Shown: positions 14,619-23,274 of the stretch, one piece after another
How the letters are laid out: every line of letters begins with the position of its first letter
Position numbering within the stretch: the first letter of the stretch is position 1
DNA from: a virus
Lineage: Duplodnaviria > Caudoviricetes
DNA: 25,082 nt
IMG/VR virus record: IMGVR_UViG_3300037307_000014
Coordinates: 1-25,082 of that record
Reading direction: 5' to 3' (one strand)
Made by a program: the position numbers and the translations under genes
The notes under the pieces: generated by a model
The model's input: the letters and a program-made list of their open reading frames with translations, nothing else
Databases searched by the model: none
Told to the model about the DNA's origin: nothing

Positions 14619-15475
14619 CAAGCAGGTTTTCAGTCATTGACTTGTCCGCGCTTCCGGCACCGGAGGTGATTGAGACACTGGACTATGAGGCCATCGTCAC
14701 TGAACTGCGCGATGACCTTGTGGCCCGCTTCCCGTATATCGCTGGCGTCATTGATCTTGAGAGTGAGCCAGCGCGCAAGCTTATTGAGGTGTTCGCCTAT
14801 CGTGAGGTCGGCATCCGTGCGCGCGTCAATGACGCGGCCCGCGCCGTCATGCTGGCCTTTGCGCAGGGCAGTGACCTTGACCACATAGGCGCGCGCTATG
14901 CCGTGAAGCGCCTTGAGAATGAGGATGACGCGCGGTTCCGCACGCGCGTTGCGCTGGCACCAGAAGCGCTCAGCGTGGCGGGGCCGGAAGGCGCATATCA
15001 GTTTCACGCCATGACGGCGGATGTGACGATCAAGGATGTTTCAGCCTACATGGACAGGCCGGGCCGCGTGATCGTGACGGTGATGATGGACGGGGCCACG
15101 CCAGCGCCGGATGCGGCCATGATCCTCAAGGTGCGGCAGGCCATCAATGCAAAGGTTGTCCGGCCTCTCACGGATGAGGTGATCGTGGTGGCACCGCAGG
15201 TGATTTCCACGACTATCAATGTCAAGCTGACGCTCTATCCCGGTCCCGACACAACGCTTGTGAGCCAGAAGGCCACCGCCGCGCTGCAAGCGCTGGCGGC
15301 GAAGGTCAAGTATCTTGGCTTTGACTTGAAGAAGTCGGCCATCTACGCGGCGGCGCATCAGGATGGCGTCTATGGCGTGGAGATCCTTTCGCCTGCCAAT
15401 GACATTCCGGCCACCGCCAGACAGCTTGTGAACGTCACGGGCGTGAGCGTGGCCGTGGTGGGGCGTGACACCTGA
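14615..15475 (+). CDS. Baseplate assembly protein J (P2 gpJ-like)
   Basis: 'IDLSALPAPEVIETLDYE', 'LESEP', 'RARVNDAARAVMLAFAQGSDLDHIGA', 'SVAGPEGAY.FHA', 'VRPLTD'. Confidence 0.93.
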   Translation: MTSRFSVIDLSALPAPEVIETLDYEAIVTELRDDLVARFPYIAGVIDLESEPARKLIEVFAYREVGIRARVNDAARAVMLAFAQGSDLDHIGARYAVKRLENEDDARFRTRVALAPEALSVAGPEGAYQFHAMTADVTIKDVSAYMDRPGRVIVTVMMDGATPAPDAAMILKVRQAINAKVVRPLTDEVIVVAPQVISTTINVKLTLYPGPDTTLVSQKATAALQALAAKVKYLGFDLKKSAIYAAAHQDGVYGVEILSPANDIPATARQLVNVTGVSVAVVGRDT

Positions 15476-16791
15476 TGCCCAAGCTTCTACCGCAGAACCG
15501 CACCACGTTTGAAACGGCGGCCTCTGAGGCCACGGAGCGCGTGGATGCCATACAGACGCCGCTGCGCGCGCTGTGGCGTCCGGATATTATTCCTGAAAGC
15601 ATCCTGCCCTATCTGGCGTGGGCCTATTCGGTGGATGTGTGGGACACGGCGTGGCCGCTTGAGAAGAAGCGGTGGGTGACGGACAAAGCCATTTGGCTGC
15701 ACCGCATCAAGGGGACGGAAACGGGCATTGGTGAGCATGTAAAGCTGCTAGGCGGGCGGCTTATCAAGGCCATCACACCGCCTGCGAAGACTTACCTGAT
15801 GCCGCAACTGACCACTGAGGAACGTGAGGCGTTCTATGCGCTATTTCCTCAACTGCGCATCTTCCCTTTCGTTGAGCGCGGCACATACAGGTTCGCGCAT
15901 TTCACCTCCCAAGCCTACGGGCGCACCAAGGCGTTCCTTGCGGCGGCGCAAGACAGTGGCGTGGGCTACGTTGAGGATGTGGGCGCGTGGCAGCGCTACA
16001 TCCGCACGGCCAAGCTTTATGATGGCGGCGTTGAAACGGAACTGACCATGCGCGCCGTGACGCCGGAAGGCGTGGGCAGGTTCTACGCGGCGGAATATGA
16101 TGAGGTCATATTGCCTGCGAAGCCAAGCGCAGCAATCTTCCCTGATGAGTTCAATGCTGAGCGCGCAAGCGGAAGCCTGACAAAGCGCTTCCTTGTGGAT
16201 GGCCTCTATGTGGATCAGCGCATGATCCGCGTGTCGCGCGATGCCAGCTATAGCTACCGCTTGGGGCGTGAGACTTACACCACGGCGCAACCCGGCTTGG
16301 ACCTGATGTACATTGAGCCGCGCAAGATCGCGGAGCAGCACGCCGGGCAAGGCTATGCCATCTACAATGGCGGCCTTCCGGGCCGCAAAATGTACCTTGC
16401 AGATCGCAGCACGCGGCTTGCATATCTGCCTAAAACCATATCGTGGCAGTACCTCTATGAGCAGTGGCACTTGCACGACACTGAGCGCGTGATTGAGCAG
16501 CGCAAGCGCAGCGTCCATCTTGACCACACGCGGCTAGGCATTCCGCCATACAATGCGGAACTGACAATTGCGATCACCGGGAAGTCATACTCACGCGAAG
16601 CATGGCGCTTCACTTGGGGCTTCCTCAGACCGCATAACCATGAGGCGCTGGACCGTGCCTGTTACGCCGTCCGCGTTTCAAAGTCCGCAAGGGATAAAAT
16701 CCTTGTGCAGACCAAGACCAAAAGAGTTCCCCATCCCGGCGACAGGCAAAAGGTCGGGACAATCACAGTCGATCAACTGATAGAGGTATAA
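15475..16791 (+). CDS. Phage tail protein I (P2 gpI-like) with long C-terminal extension
   Basis: N-terminal 'LLPQN.T..E...LWRP...P...LPYLAWAYSVDVWD..W....KR......HRIKGT'; about 330 further residues are unassigned. Confidence 0.85.
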   Translation: MPKLLPQNRTTFETAASEATERVDAIQTPLRALWRPDIIPESILPYLAWAYSVDVWDTAWPLEKKRWVTDKAIWLHRIKGTETGIGEHVKLLGGRLIKAITPPAKTYLMPQLTTEEREAFYALFPQLRIFPFVERGTYRFAHFTSQAYGRTKAFLAAAQDSGVGYVEDVGAWQRYIRTAKLYDGGVETELTMRAVTPEGVGRFYAAEYDEVILPAKPSAAIFPDEFNAERASGSLTKRFLVDGLYVDQRMIRVSRDASYSYRLGRETYTTAQPGLDLMYIEPRKIAEQHAGQGYAIYNGGLPGRKMYLADRSTRLAYLPKTISWQYLYEQWHLHDTERVIEQRKRSVHLDHTRLGIPPYNAELTIAITGKSYSREAWRFTWGFLRPHNHEALDRACYAVRVSKSARDKILVQTKTKRVPHPGDRQKVGTITVDQLIEV

Positions 16792-16792
16792 G

Positions 16793-19084
16793 ATGGAAAG
16801 CACTGTCATTTTCCGTGACCGTCAGGAGTTGCAGTCCGCAGACCTGAACGCTGTGCAGGAGTTCACACAGTCCAGCATTGACCACATTGTGCTGGACACC
16901 ATTGAGGACGGGCGCGCTTACTCAGGCTTTGAGGCCAGCAAGACGGGCGCGGCTGAGGTGACGGTGGATCAGGGCCGCCTTTACTCGCTCGGCCTTGTGT
17001 ACGCGCGCAATGAAGCCGTGGTGCTTGACCTGTTCAACGTGCTGCCGCTGGTGACAAAGAAGCGCGTGGCCATCGTGGCCTACGGCACCACGACAGACAC
17101 CGATGTGCAGCCGCGTGACTTTCTGGTTGACGCTCAGACGGGCGCAACGGAGCCGCAGAGCGTGGCCATGGAAAGCGCGCGGCATTGCGAAGTCAGCACC
17201 GTGGCGGGCGCTGAGGCGGCTGATCCAACCTATCCCACGACTGACGCCAACCTTTGCGTCATCGCCTATGTTCTGCTCGACACCACGGGCGTTGTGTCCA
17301 TTGAGCAGTGGGATGAAAACAAGGTCCTCAATCTGCGCGGCGTGGGCGACCGCACGGGATTGCTTGAGGACTGGCGCACACAGATCAGCGGGCGCGTTGA
17401 CACGCTCGGCACTGACCTTGCCTCGCTGGCACAGCGCCTTCCGTCCTATGCGCTGGACACCTCACTGCAAGCGCTGGCGCTGATCGTGAAGCAATTGCAG
17501 GAGCAGTTGAGCAAGCCTGCGGCCTATCTGTATCACGCCATCCAGAAATTCACGGACACGGCGGATGCTGAGACGGGCGCAAGCGGCTACTCGGCGCTGA
17601 TCGCGCAGGGCTTGCGCTTCCCTTACACGGCGTCCGACACGGTGACGCTGGCGTTGCTCAATCCCAATGATCCGAACGTCAGCTACTACAGCGGCCTCTG
17701 TCTGCCGTATCACATCCACTTGCTGCGCTTGGACTGCAAGCACTATCACCGCCAGCATCGTTGCGGCCAGCACACTTGGCACGGCCACAACTGCCACTTC
17801 TGGCGGCACACGCGCCATCGCTGGCGCTGCGGTCCTGAGTGGCTTGGCTGGCTCAATGGAACGTGGGTTGTCCGTGAACTGGAAGACGCCTTGAAGAAGG
17901 CGCTTCATGAGAACCTCGGCACATGGACCGACCAGACGTACCGGGATTTCATTGACAACGTGCGCGAGGACTTCCCGCGCGCTTGGCTGCGCACAAAGTA
18001 CAGCACCGCGTTCTGGCGTGATTTCGTGGATGACTTCTATTGGTCCAACGTCAAGACCACATCCACGCTCACCGCTTACCACGTTGGGCAGACGTTCCTT
18101 GTCTCTCAGGATGCGTGGCTGTCCAAGGTGGGCCTCTACTTCTCGCAGCTTGCGGCCAGCGGTGACGTTGACATCATGATTTGCGAGACGGACGCCACGG
18201 GCAAGCCGGACATTACAAAGGTCCTGTCCCGCACGACCGTGGCCCGCGCCAGCTTGCAGGTTGGCACTGGCTCTGGCGGCGCTGGCCTGCCGTCCATCGT
18301 TGAAACCGCCGTGACGATCAACCCCGTGCTGCTCAAGGCGGGCAAGCGCTACGGCATGGTCCTTGCGGTGCAGGGCGACCACTGGCTTGCCATGTCCGAT
18401 GAGGACGCTGGCGTGGTGCAGGGCGCGTGCTTTGCCTATCAGTCGGGCGCGTGGGCGGTGCAGACGGGCGTGGTCAAGTTCCGCCTCTACTTCGGCCAGT
18501 GGACAACGGGCCGCACGGTCATTGACTTGCAGCCGTTGCAGCTTGCGGGCGGCATCCGGTCACTGGACTTCCTTGGTGAGATTGCGATACCGGGTGCCAC
18601 CAATTTCACCTTTGAGGTCCAGATCGGCGGCGTGTGGTATCCCGTTGACGGATCACTTGACCTGTCAACGCTCCCGGCCATCCTGCCGCTGCGCATTGTG
18701 TTCCTTGGATCGACGGACCTCATGCCGTCCATCTTCATCACACAGTGCCGCTGCAAGGTGGCCCGCGCGGCCACCGCGTTCAAGTATGTGAGCAAGACGC
18801 GCGCGCTTGGTGGCAACGCTGCCAAGATCGTCCTCAAGATCAGGATGGATGGCTTCAATGATGCCGTCCATGATCTGACGGCCACGGTCAAGACCAATGG
18901 CGGCCTCACCACTGAGACGGCTGACACGGTGGCGGATGTGACGCTGCCGGACGGCCGCATTGAGCGGACGGCCACCTTCAACATCGCCGCAGAGAATGAC
19001 TACTACTACGTTCTCGACGGCGCTCTTTCATCCATCAATAGTCAGTTTGTAGTGACTGACATTGAGGAAGTCGCCACCGCATAA
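16793..19084 (+). CDS. Large tail/baseplate-attached structural protein
   Basis: 763 aa following gpI; N-terminus 'VIFRDRQELQSADLN..Q', coiled-coil segment, then beta-rich 'GQTF....DAWLSKVGLYF...DVDI.ICET..GKPD' domain seen in phage tail proteins. Confidence 0.65.
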   Translation: MESTVIFRDRQELQSADLNAVQEFTQSSIDHIVLDTIEDGRAYSGFEASKTGAAEVTVDQGRLYSLGLVYARNEAVVLDLFNVLPLVTKKRVAIVAYGTTTDTDVQPRDFLVDAQTGATEPQSVAMESARHCEVSTVAGAEAADPTYPTTDANLCVIAYVLLDTTGVVSIEQWDENKVLNLRGVGDRTGLLEDWRTQISGRVDTLGTDLASLAQRLPSYALDTSLQALALIVKQLQEQLSKPAAYLYHAIQKFTDTADAETGASGYSALIAQGLRFPYTASDTVTLALLNPNDPNVSYYSGLCLPYHIHLLRLDCKHYHRQHRCGQHTWHGHNCHFWRHTRHRWRCGPEWLGWLNGTWVVRELEDALKKALHENLGTWTDQTYRDFIDNVREDFPRAWLRTKYSTAFWRDFVDDFYWSNVKTTSTLTAYHVGQTFLVSQDAWLSKVGLYFSQLAASGDVDIMICETDATGKPDITKVLSRTTVARASLQVGTGSGGAGLPSIVETAVTINPVLLKAGKRYGMVLAVQGDHWLAMSDEDAGVVQGACFAYQSGAWAVQTGVVKFRLYFGQWTTGRTVIDLQPLQLAGGIRSLDFLGEIAIPGATNFTFEVQIGGVWYPVDGSLDLSTLPAILPLRIVFLGSTDLMPSIFITQCRCKVARAATAFKYVSKTRALGGNAAKIVLKIRMDGFNDAVHDLTATVKTNGGLTTETADTVADVTLPDGRIERTATFNIAAENDYYYVLDGALSSINSQFVVTDIEEVATA

Positions 19085-19091
19085 GGAGGAC

Positions 19092-19274
19092 ATGATGGCA
19101 AAAGCACCAGCACCAGCGGAGCCTATTCCTACGCATTACAGGCTGAGGGTTAAGGCTCCGATCTTTGACGCCGGGACGCAATTCAATCCCGGCGTTGTCT
19201 ACACCGTGAAGGCGGCGGTCTATGAGAAGATCAAGACCGCTGCCATTGATGTTGCGCCGATCATCAAGGATTAA
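19092..19274 (+). CDS. Small hypothetical tail-module protein (60 aa)
   Basis: Strong TAAGGAGG RBS before ATG 19092; fills the gap between two tail genes. Confidence 0.7.
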   Translation: MMAKAPAPAEPIPTHYRLRVKAPIFDAGTQFNPGVVYTVKAAVYEKIKTAAIDVAPIIKD

Positions 19275-19279
19275 AGACC

Positions 19280-20503
19280 ATGACACTGCCGCGTCCTACG
19301 TTTGCGGATTTCCGCGTCAAGCGCAAAGAGGCGATGGACGCGCTGTTCTTTGACCGCCGTTTCCGCACCATTGTCGAAACACTGGTTGCCTATGCAACTG
19401 AGTTGGAGAGACAGGGTGCGACGGCGGATGAGTTGGTTGAGGTTGGGCTTGAGCGGATTGATACCGTTCTCACGCCCGCGCTGGCGCGCGTGCAACAGGC
19501 GGCTGAGTTGGGCTTCCTTGTCGCGACCTCAAACACCTCTCTCACCTTGCAAGTGGGGGAAAGCGCCGTGTTTGAGGTGAGCGAGGACACGCGCGGCCTG
19601 TTCACGCCCACACCTTTCATCACTGTCACGCGCGGCACCGTTGGCACGGAAGGCCAGTGGGCCGTGGGGCAGCTTGTGGCGTGGAACGCTGAGACGGGCG
19701 GGCTTGAGGTGGAAATCCTTTCCATCACGGGCATCAGCGGCGCGCATACGGACTGGATACTGTCAGCGGCATCCGGCATCCCGGCCAGCATCGCGGCCAT
19801 GGCTTCTCAGGTTGACACGGACGCCGCGCAAGTGGCGGCAGACCGGGCTTTCATTGAAGGCATAGTCAGTGACATTGGCGATGGTCCCGTCACCAGCGTG
19901 GCGGGCAAGACGGGCGCGGTGGCGCTTGTCATGGGAGACATTGCCAACCTCGTGACCACGCTTGCGGCCAAGGCCGACCTCAACCACTCGCATCCGCAGA
20001 GCGCCATCACAAATCTTGTGGCTGACCTTGCGGCCAAGGCGGCGCTTTCTCACGGCCATGTCATTGACGATGTGACGGGCCTTAACACCGCGCTCAATGA
20101 TCGCCTCCTGCGCTCTGGCGGCTCCCTCACGGGCGCGCTCAACGCGGCGGATCAGGAAGTGAGCGCGGCCAAGCTGAAAGACTACGCGCTGACGGTCAAC
20201 GCGCGCGGCAACATCACTGGCGCGCAGACCATTGACTATTCGGCGGGCAACTTTGTCACCGCAACGGCTACCGGATCGGTGCAGTTCACCGTGACCAATC
20301 CGCCAGCCAACGGCATTGCGGGCGGCTTTGTCCTTGTGCTGACGAATGGCGGCATCGGCACGGTTACATGGATGAGCGGCATCAAGTGGGAGGGCGGCAC
20401 ACCGCCCACGCTCACGGCGTCCGGCGTTGACGTTCTCAGCTTCCTCACAAGCAACGGCGGCGCTACTTGGCGCGGCTGTGTTCTGGCAAGGGACAGCAAG
20501 TAA
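19280..20503 (+). CDS. Tail fibre protein
   Basis: 'VTSVAGKTGAVAL', two HxH fibre repeats ('NHSHPQSAITNLVADLAAKA', 'SHGHVIDDVTGLNTAL'), 'GGSLTG', and a C-terminal 'TW..IKWEGGTPPTLTASGVDVLSF...GATWRG' domain common at fibre ends. Confidence 0.8.
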   Translation: MTLPRPTFADFRVKRKEAMDALFFDRRFRTIVETLVAYATELERQGATADELVEVGLERIDTVLTPALARVQQAAELGFLVATSNTSLTLQVGESAVFEVSEDTRGLFTPTPFITVTRGTVGTEGQWAVGQLVAWNAETGGLEVEILSITGISGAHTDWILSAASGIPASIAAMASQVDTDAAQVAADRAFIEGIVSDIGDGPVTSVAGKTGAVALVMGDIANLVTTLAAKADLNHSHPQSAITNLVADLAAKAALSHGHVIDDVTGLNTALNDRLLRSGGSLTGALNAADQEVSAAKLKDYALTVNARGNITGAQTIDYSAGNFVTATATGSVQFTVTNPPANGIAGGFVLVLTNGGIGTVTWMSGIKWEGGTPPTLTASGVDVLSFLTSNGGATWRGCVLARDSK

Positions 20504-22326
20504 TGCTTGAAATGCTTATGGCAGGCGGAAGCGGCGCGCTTCCTTGGAAGGTTGTCGGCGTCACTGAGGCGGAAGACGTCAACGCCAATGCAAGTGTCAG
20601 CTTTCCGGGTGGCGTTGCAGATGGCGATGCCGTCTTTGCGTTTTTGTACAATCGCAGCGGCCTTGGTTCTGGCGTTGCCGCGCCTTCCGGCTGGACGCAG
20701 ATTGCCTATGAAACCGAAGGCACCACTTCACCAATCCAGCAAGGCTATCTTTACCTCTTGCCATCCCGCAACGGACAGACGGCGTTCCAGAACTCCAACT
20801 TCTTGGCAATCGCCGGATGCTCCATCCTAGTCGTGGTGCTTCATCCTGATGGCGTTGACACGGCGGGCATGTATCATGGCTTGGTGATTGAGACTGATGG
20901 AGCGGCAAGCGCGGTAAATTCTTACCCCACGCCTCCCAGTCTCACCACGACAACGGACCGCAACCAGATATTCACCTTTGGCGCGACACAGGGAAGCAAT
21001 CGAATTTTTAGCGCGCCATCCGGTTATGATCTATTGGCCAGTACAAGCGGCACTTCTCCCGCCGCTTGCTGCATGTCGCAATCGCTTCAATCCGTGGGCG
21101 GACAAATTACACCGCCGCAAATCACGCACGACAGCACCACGGATGACTGGATGGCGATCACGGTCAGCTTGAGGACGCAGCCTGATCCGGGCCGCAAAAT
21201 TCTCTCTGGCTCTTTTGCATCCGCTACCAATGACATTGTTGCGCAAAACTACATAACGGCATCCGGCACAGTCACTCTGTCCCTTGAGGGCGGCGGATCA
21301 GTTTCAGTTGAGGTCAGTGGCGGCAATTCACCAAGCTATCGCAAGAACGGAGGGGCGTGGACTTCATCGCCCGGCACGGCGGTGCATGGTGATGTGTTTG
21401 AGGTCCGTGAATACACGCGGGCCATCACCAAAAACACAGTGGTGGTGGATACCGTCTCCTTGGTCTTTGACAGTGACGTAGCGGGCGCCAAGACTTTCCA
21501 AGTTACCAACCGTCGCCGCGTGGTGATTGACGGTGCAAACACACTGCAATGGACCGTGCCAACGGGAACGACCTCCGTTGACATCGTTGCCGTGGGCGGT
21601 GGCGGCGGCGGTGGCCAGTGCAACATCAATGGCTCGACCTATTATGGCGGCGGCGGTGGCGGCGGCGGTGCCATGTCGCGCAAGACGCAAACGGTCACGG
21701 CGGGCGTCGTCTTTAATTTGTCTCCGGGTGGGCGCGGTGAGGAAAACAGCGGCTACGGAGCAACAGGCAACGCTGGCGGTGACACGACCGTTGAGTACAA
21801 TTCTTCCGTGGTCGTGCTTGCCAAGGGCGGCGCGGGCGGCAACGGTGCAACGACAAGCGCGGCGGGAACGGGCGGCGCTGGTGGATCTTCGGCGGCTGGT
21901 ACCGGAACCAATAAGTACAGCGGCGGCAACGGCGGCAACGGCACATCCTCCACAAACTCAAGCGCGCTTTGCGGTGGCGGCGGTGGCGGTGCTGGTGGCT
22001 ACACTGGCGACGGCTCCGCTGGTGCAAATGGCTCGGCCACGACCACGGCCAATTCATCAAGCGCCGCTACTGGCGGCGCGGCGTCCGGCGGCGGCAGCAA
22101 CTACGGAGGCGGCGGCGTAGGGTGCGGCGGCTCGGGAACAAGCGGCGCGGCGTCTTCCACGGGCGGCAAGGGCGGATCGCCTGATGACTTGTTCATGGGC
22201 GTGGATGGCGCGCAAAGCGGCGCTACTCACGCGGGCGGATGGACAGGCGGCGGCGGCGGCGGCACAAGCACCGCGACGTCAGCCACCGCAAACGGCTCTT
22301 ACGGTTATGTCAGGCTCTCATGGTGA
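20503..22326 (+). CDS. Multi-domain glycine-rich tail-tip/adhesin-like protein
   Basis: TAATG coupling gives start 20503. N-terminal beta domain ('APSGWTQI'), middle domain, C-terminal Gly-rich domain starting 'WTVPTGTTSVDIVAVGGGGGGG' and ending 'NGSYGYVRLSW'. Confidence 0.7.
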   Translation: MLEMLMAGGSGALPWKVVGVTEAEDVNANASVSFPGGVADGDAVFAFLYNRSGLGSGVAAPSGWTQIAYETEGTTSPIQQGYLYLLPSRNGQTAFQNSNFLAIAGCSILVVVLHPDGVDTAGMYHGLVIETDGAASAVNSYPTPPSLTTTTDRNQIFTFGATQGSNRIFSAPSGYDLLASTSGTSPAACCMSQSLQSVGGQITPPQITHDSTTDDWMAITVSLRTQPDPGRKILSGSFASATNDIVAQNYITASGTVTLSLEGGGSVSVEVSGGNSPSYRKNGGAWTSSPGTAVHGDVFEVREYTRAITKNTVVVDTVSLVFDSDVAGAKTFQVTNRRRVVIDGANTLQWTVPTGTTSVDIVAVGGGGGGGQCNINGSTYYGGGGGGGGAMSRKTQTVTAGVVFNLSPGGRGEENSGYGATGNAGGDTTVEYNSSVVVLAKGGAGGNGATTSAAGTGGAGGSSAAGTGTNKYSGGNGGNGTSSTNSSALCGGGGGGAGGYTGDGSAGANGSATTTANSSSAATGGAASGGGSNYGGGGVGCGGSGTSGAASSTGGKGGSPDDLFMGVDGAQSGATHAGGWTGGGGGGTSTATSATANGSYGYVRLSW

Positions 22327-22333
22327 GGCTAAA

Positions 22334-22960
22334 ATGAACTATGCTCGGATCGTAAATAATCAGGTTGTGAGTTATCCCTTCCCGCCTCAGTCATTGCGCG
22401 GGCTTCATCCCAATATCAGCTTCCCAAGGGTGCTGACGGATGCGTTGCTTGCGCAGTACGGCATCATGCAAGTCCTTCCGGTGGCCAAGCCCACGCCGCG
22501 CTGGTTTGAGCGTGTGCAGGAATTGCCTCCTGTCAACCTCAGCGGCGTGTGGACGCAGCAATGGGAAGTGATCCAGATACCGGACACTGAGAGGGCTGCT
22601 GTGACGGAAGCCGCGCGTGAGGCGCGCCTTGCGGCGCTTGCGCAGAAGCGGTGGGAGAAAGAGACTGGCGGCATCGTGTTCAACGGATCGCCCGTTGCAA
22701 CGGATGAGGTGAGCCAGACCAAAATCATTGGCGCGGTTGTCGGTTCGCAGTTGGACCCCGGCGTGTCCATGAAATGGAAGATGAAGAACGGCCAGTTTGT
22801 CACGCTCAACGCAGCGCAGATCACGGATGTGGCAATGGCGGTGCGCGCGCATGTGCAGGCGTGCTTTGATCGTGAGGCTGAATTGCGCATGGCCATTGTG
22901 GCGGCTGGTGATGCCGGGACAATCAACGCCGTAGACATTGACGCCGGATGGCCCGCCTAG
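22334..22960 (+). CDS. Tail fibre assembly/chaperone-like protein (DUF4376-like C-terminus)
   Basis: ATG 22334 after GAGG RBS; 'RWEKETGGI...TDEVSQTKI...WKMKNGQFVTL......AVRAHVQACFDREAEL...GWP'. Confidence 0.75.
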   Translation: MNYARIVNNQVVSYPFPPQSLRGLHPNISFPRVLTDALLAQYGIMQVLPVAKPTPRWFERVQELPPVNLSGVWTQQWEVIQIPDTERAAVTEAAREARLAALAQKRWEKETGGIVFNGSPVATDEVSQTKIIGAVVGSQLDPGVSMKWKMKNGQFVTLNAAQITDVAMAVRAHVQACFDREAELRMAIVAAGDAGTINAVDIDAGWPA

Positions 22961-22982
22961 CGGGAAGCAGGAGAACAGGACA

Positions 22983-23204
22983 ATGACAACCAGTGTTATC
23001 ACACAGCACACCAGCAAGATCACGGTCACTGATGTTGAGGATGTGCAGGTGACGGAAGTGGTGGAAGACAATGGCGAGTATGTGCGCGCCATCCGCATCT
23101 TTGGTGCGCCGGAAGGCGTCAACGCCGCGCCCGTGATTGAACTTTTGGTCCGCAGCACGGATCAGAACAAGATCAAGGTGACTACGCCTGAGATTGATTT
23201 CTAG
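22983..23204 (+). CDS. Small hypothetical beta-rich protein (73 aa)
   Basis: AGGAG/AGGA RBS before ATG 22983; codon usage like neighbours; fills the gap before the sheath gene. Confidence 0.7.
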   Translation: MTTSVITQHTSKITVTDVEDVQVTEVVEDNGEYVRAIRIFGAPEGVNAAPVIELLVRSTDQNKIKVTTPEIDF

Positions 23205-23234
23205 TGTTTTGAATTGACAGACCAACTTGAACCG

Positions 23235-23256
23235 CGTGGCGCGCTGGCGCGTCACG
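23235..23256 (+). other. Stem-loop directly 5' of the sheath RBS
   Basis: CGTGGCGCG-CTGG-CGCGTCACG (9-bp stem with one G:U), 4 nt before AGGAG (23261-23265); no U-tract follows. Confidence 0.4.
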
Positions 23257-23274
23257 GCATAGGAGAAACGAGCA

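Noticed and set aside
17462-18382. Long antisense ORFs (this 306-aa one and others such as 2754-3503, 6100-6834, 22391-23158)
   Set aside because: Shadow ORFs of high-GC coding sequence opposite well-supported genes; no motifs.
19280-22960. Diversity-generating retroelement or invertible fibre cassette
   Set aside because: No reverse transcriptase, invertase, template/variable repeat pair or flanking inverted repeats seen in the window.
23214-23245. Perfect TTGACA -35 hexamer upstream of the sheath gene
   Set aside because: No plausible -10 element at 16-18 bp spacing (GC-rich sequence there).
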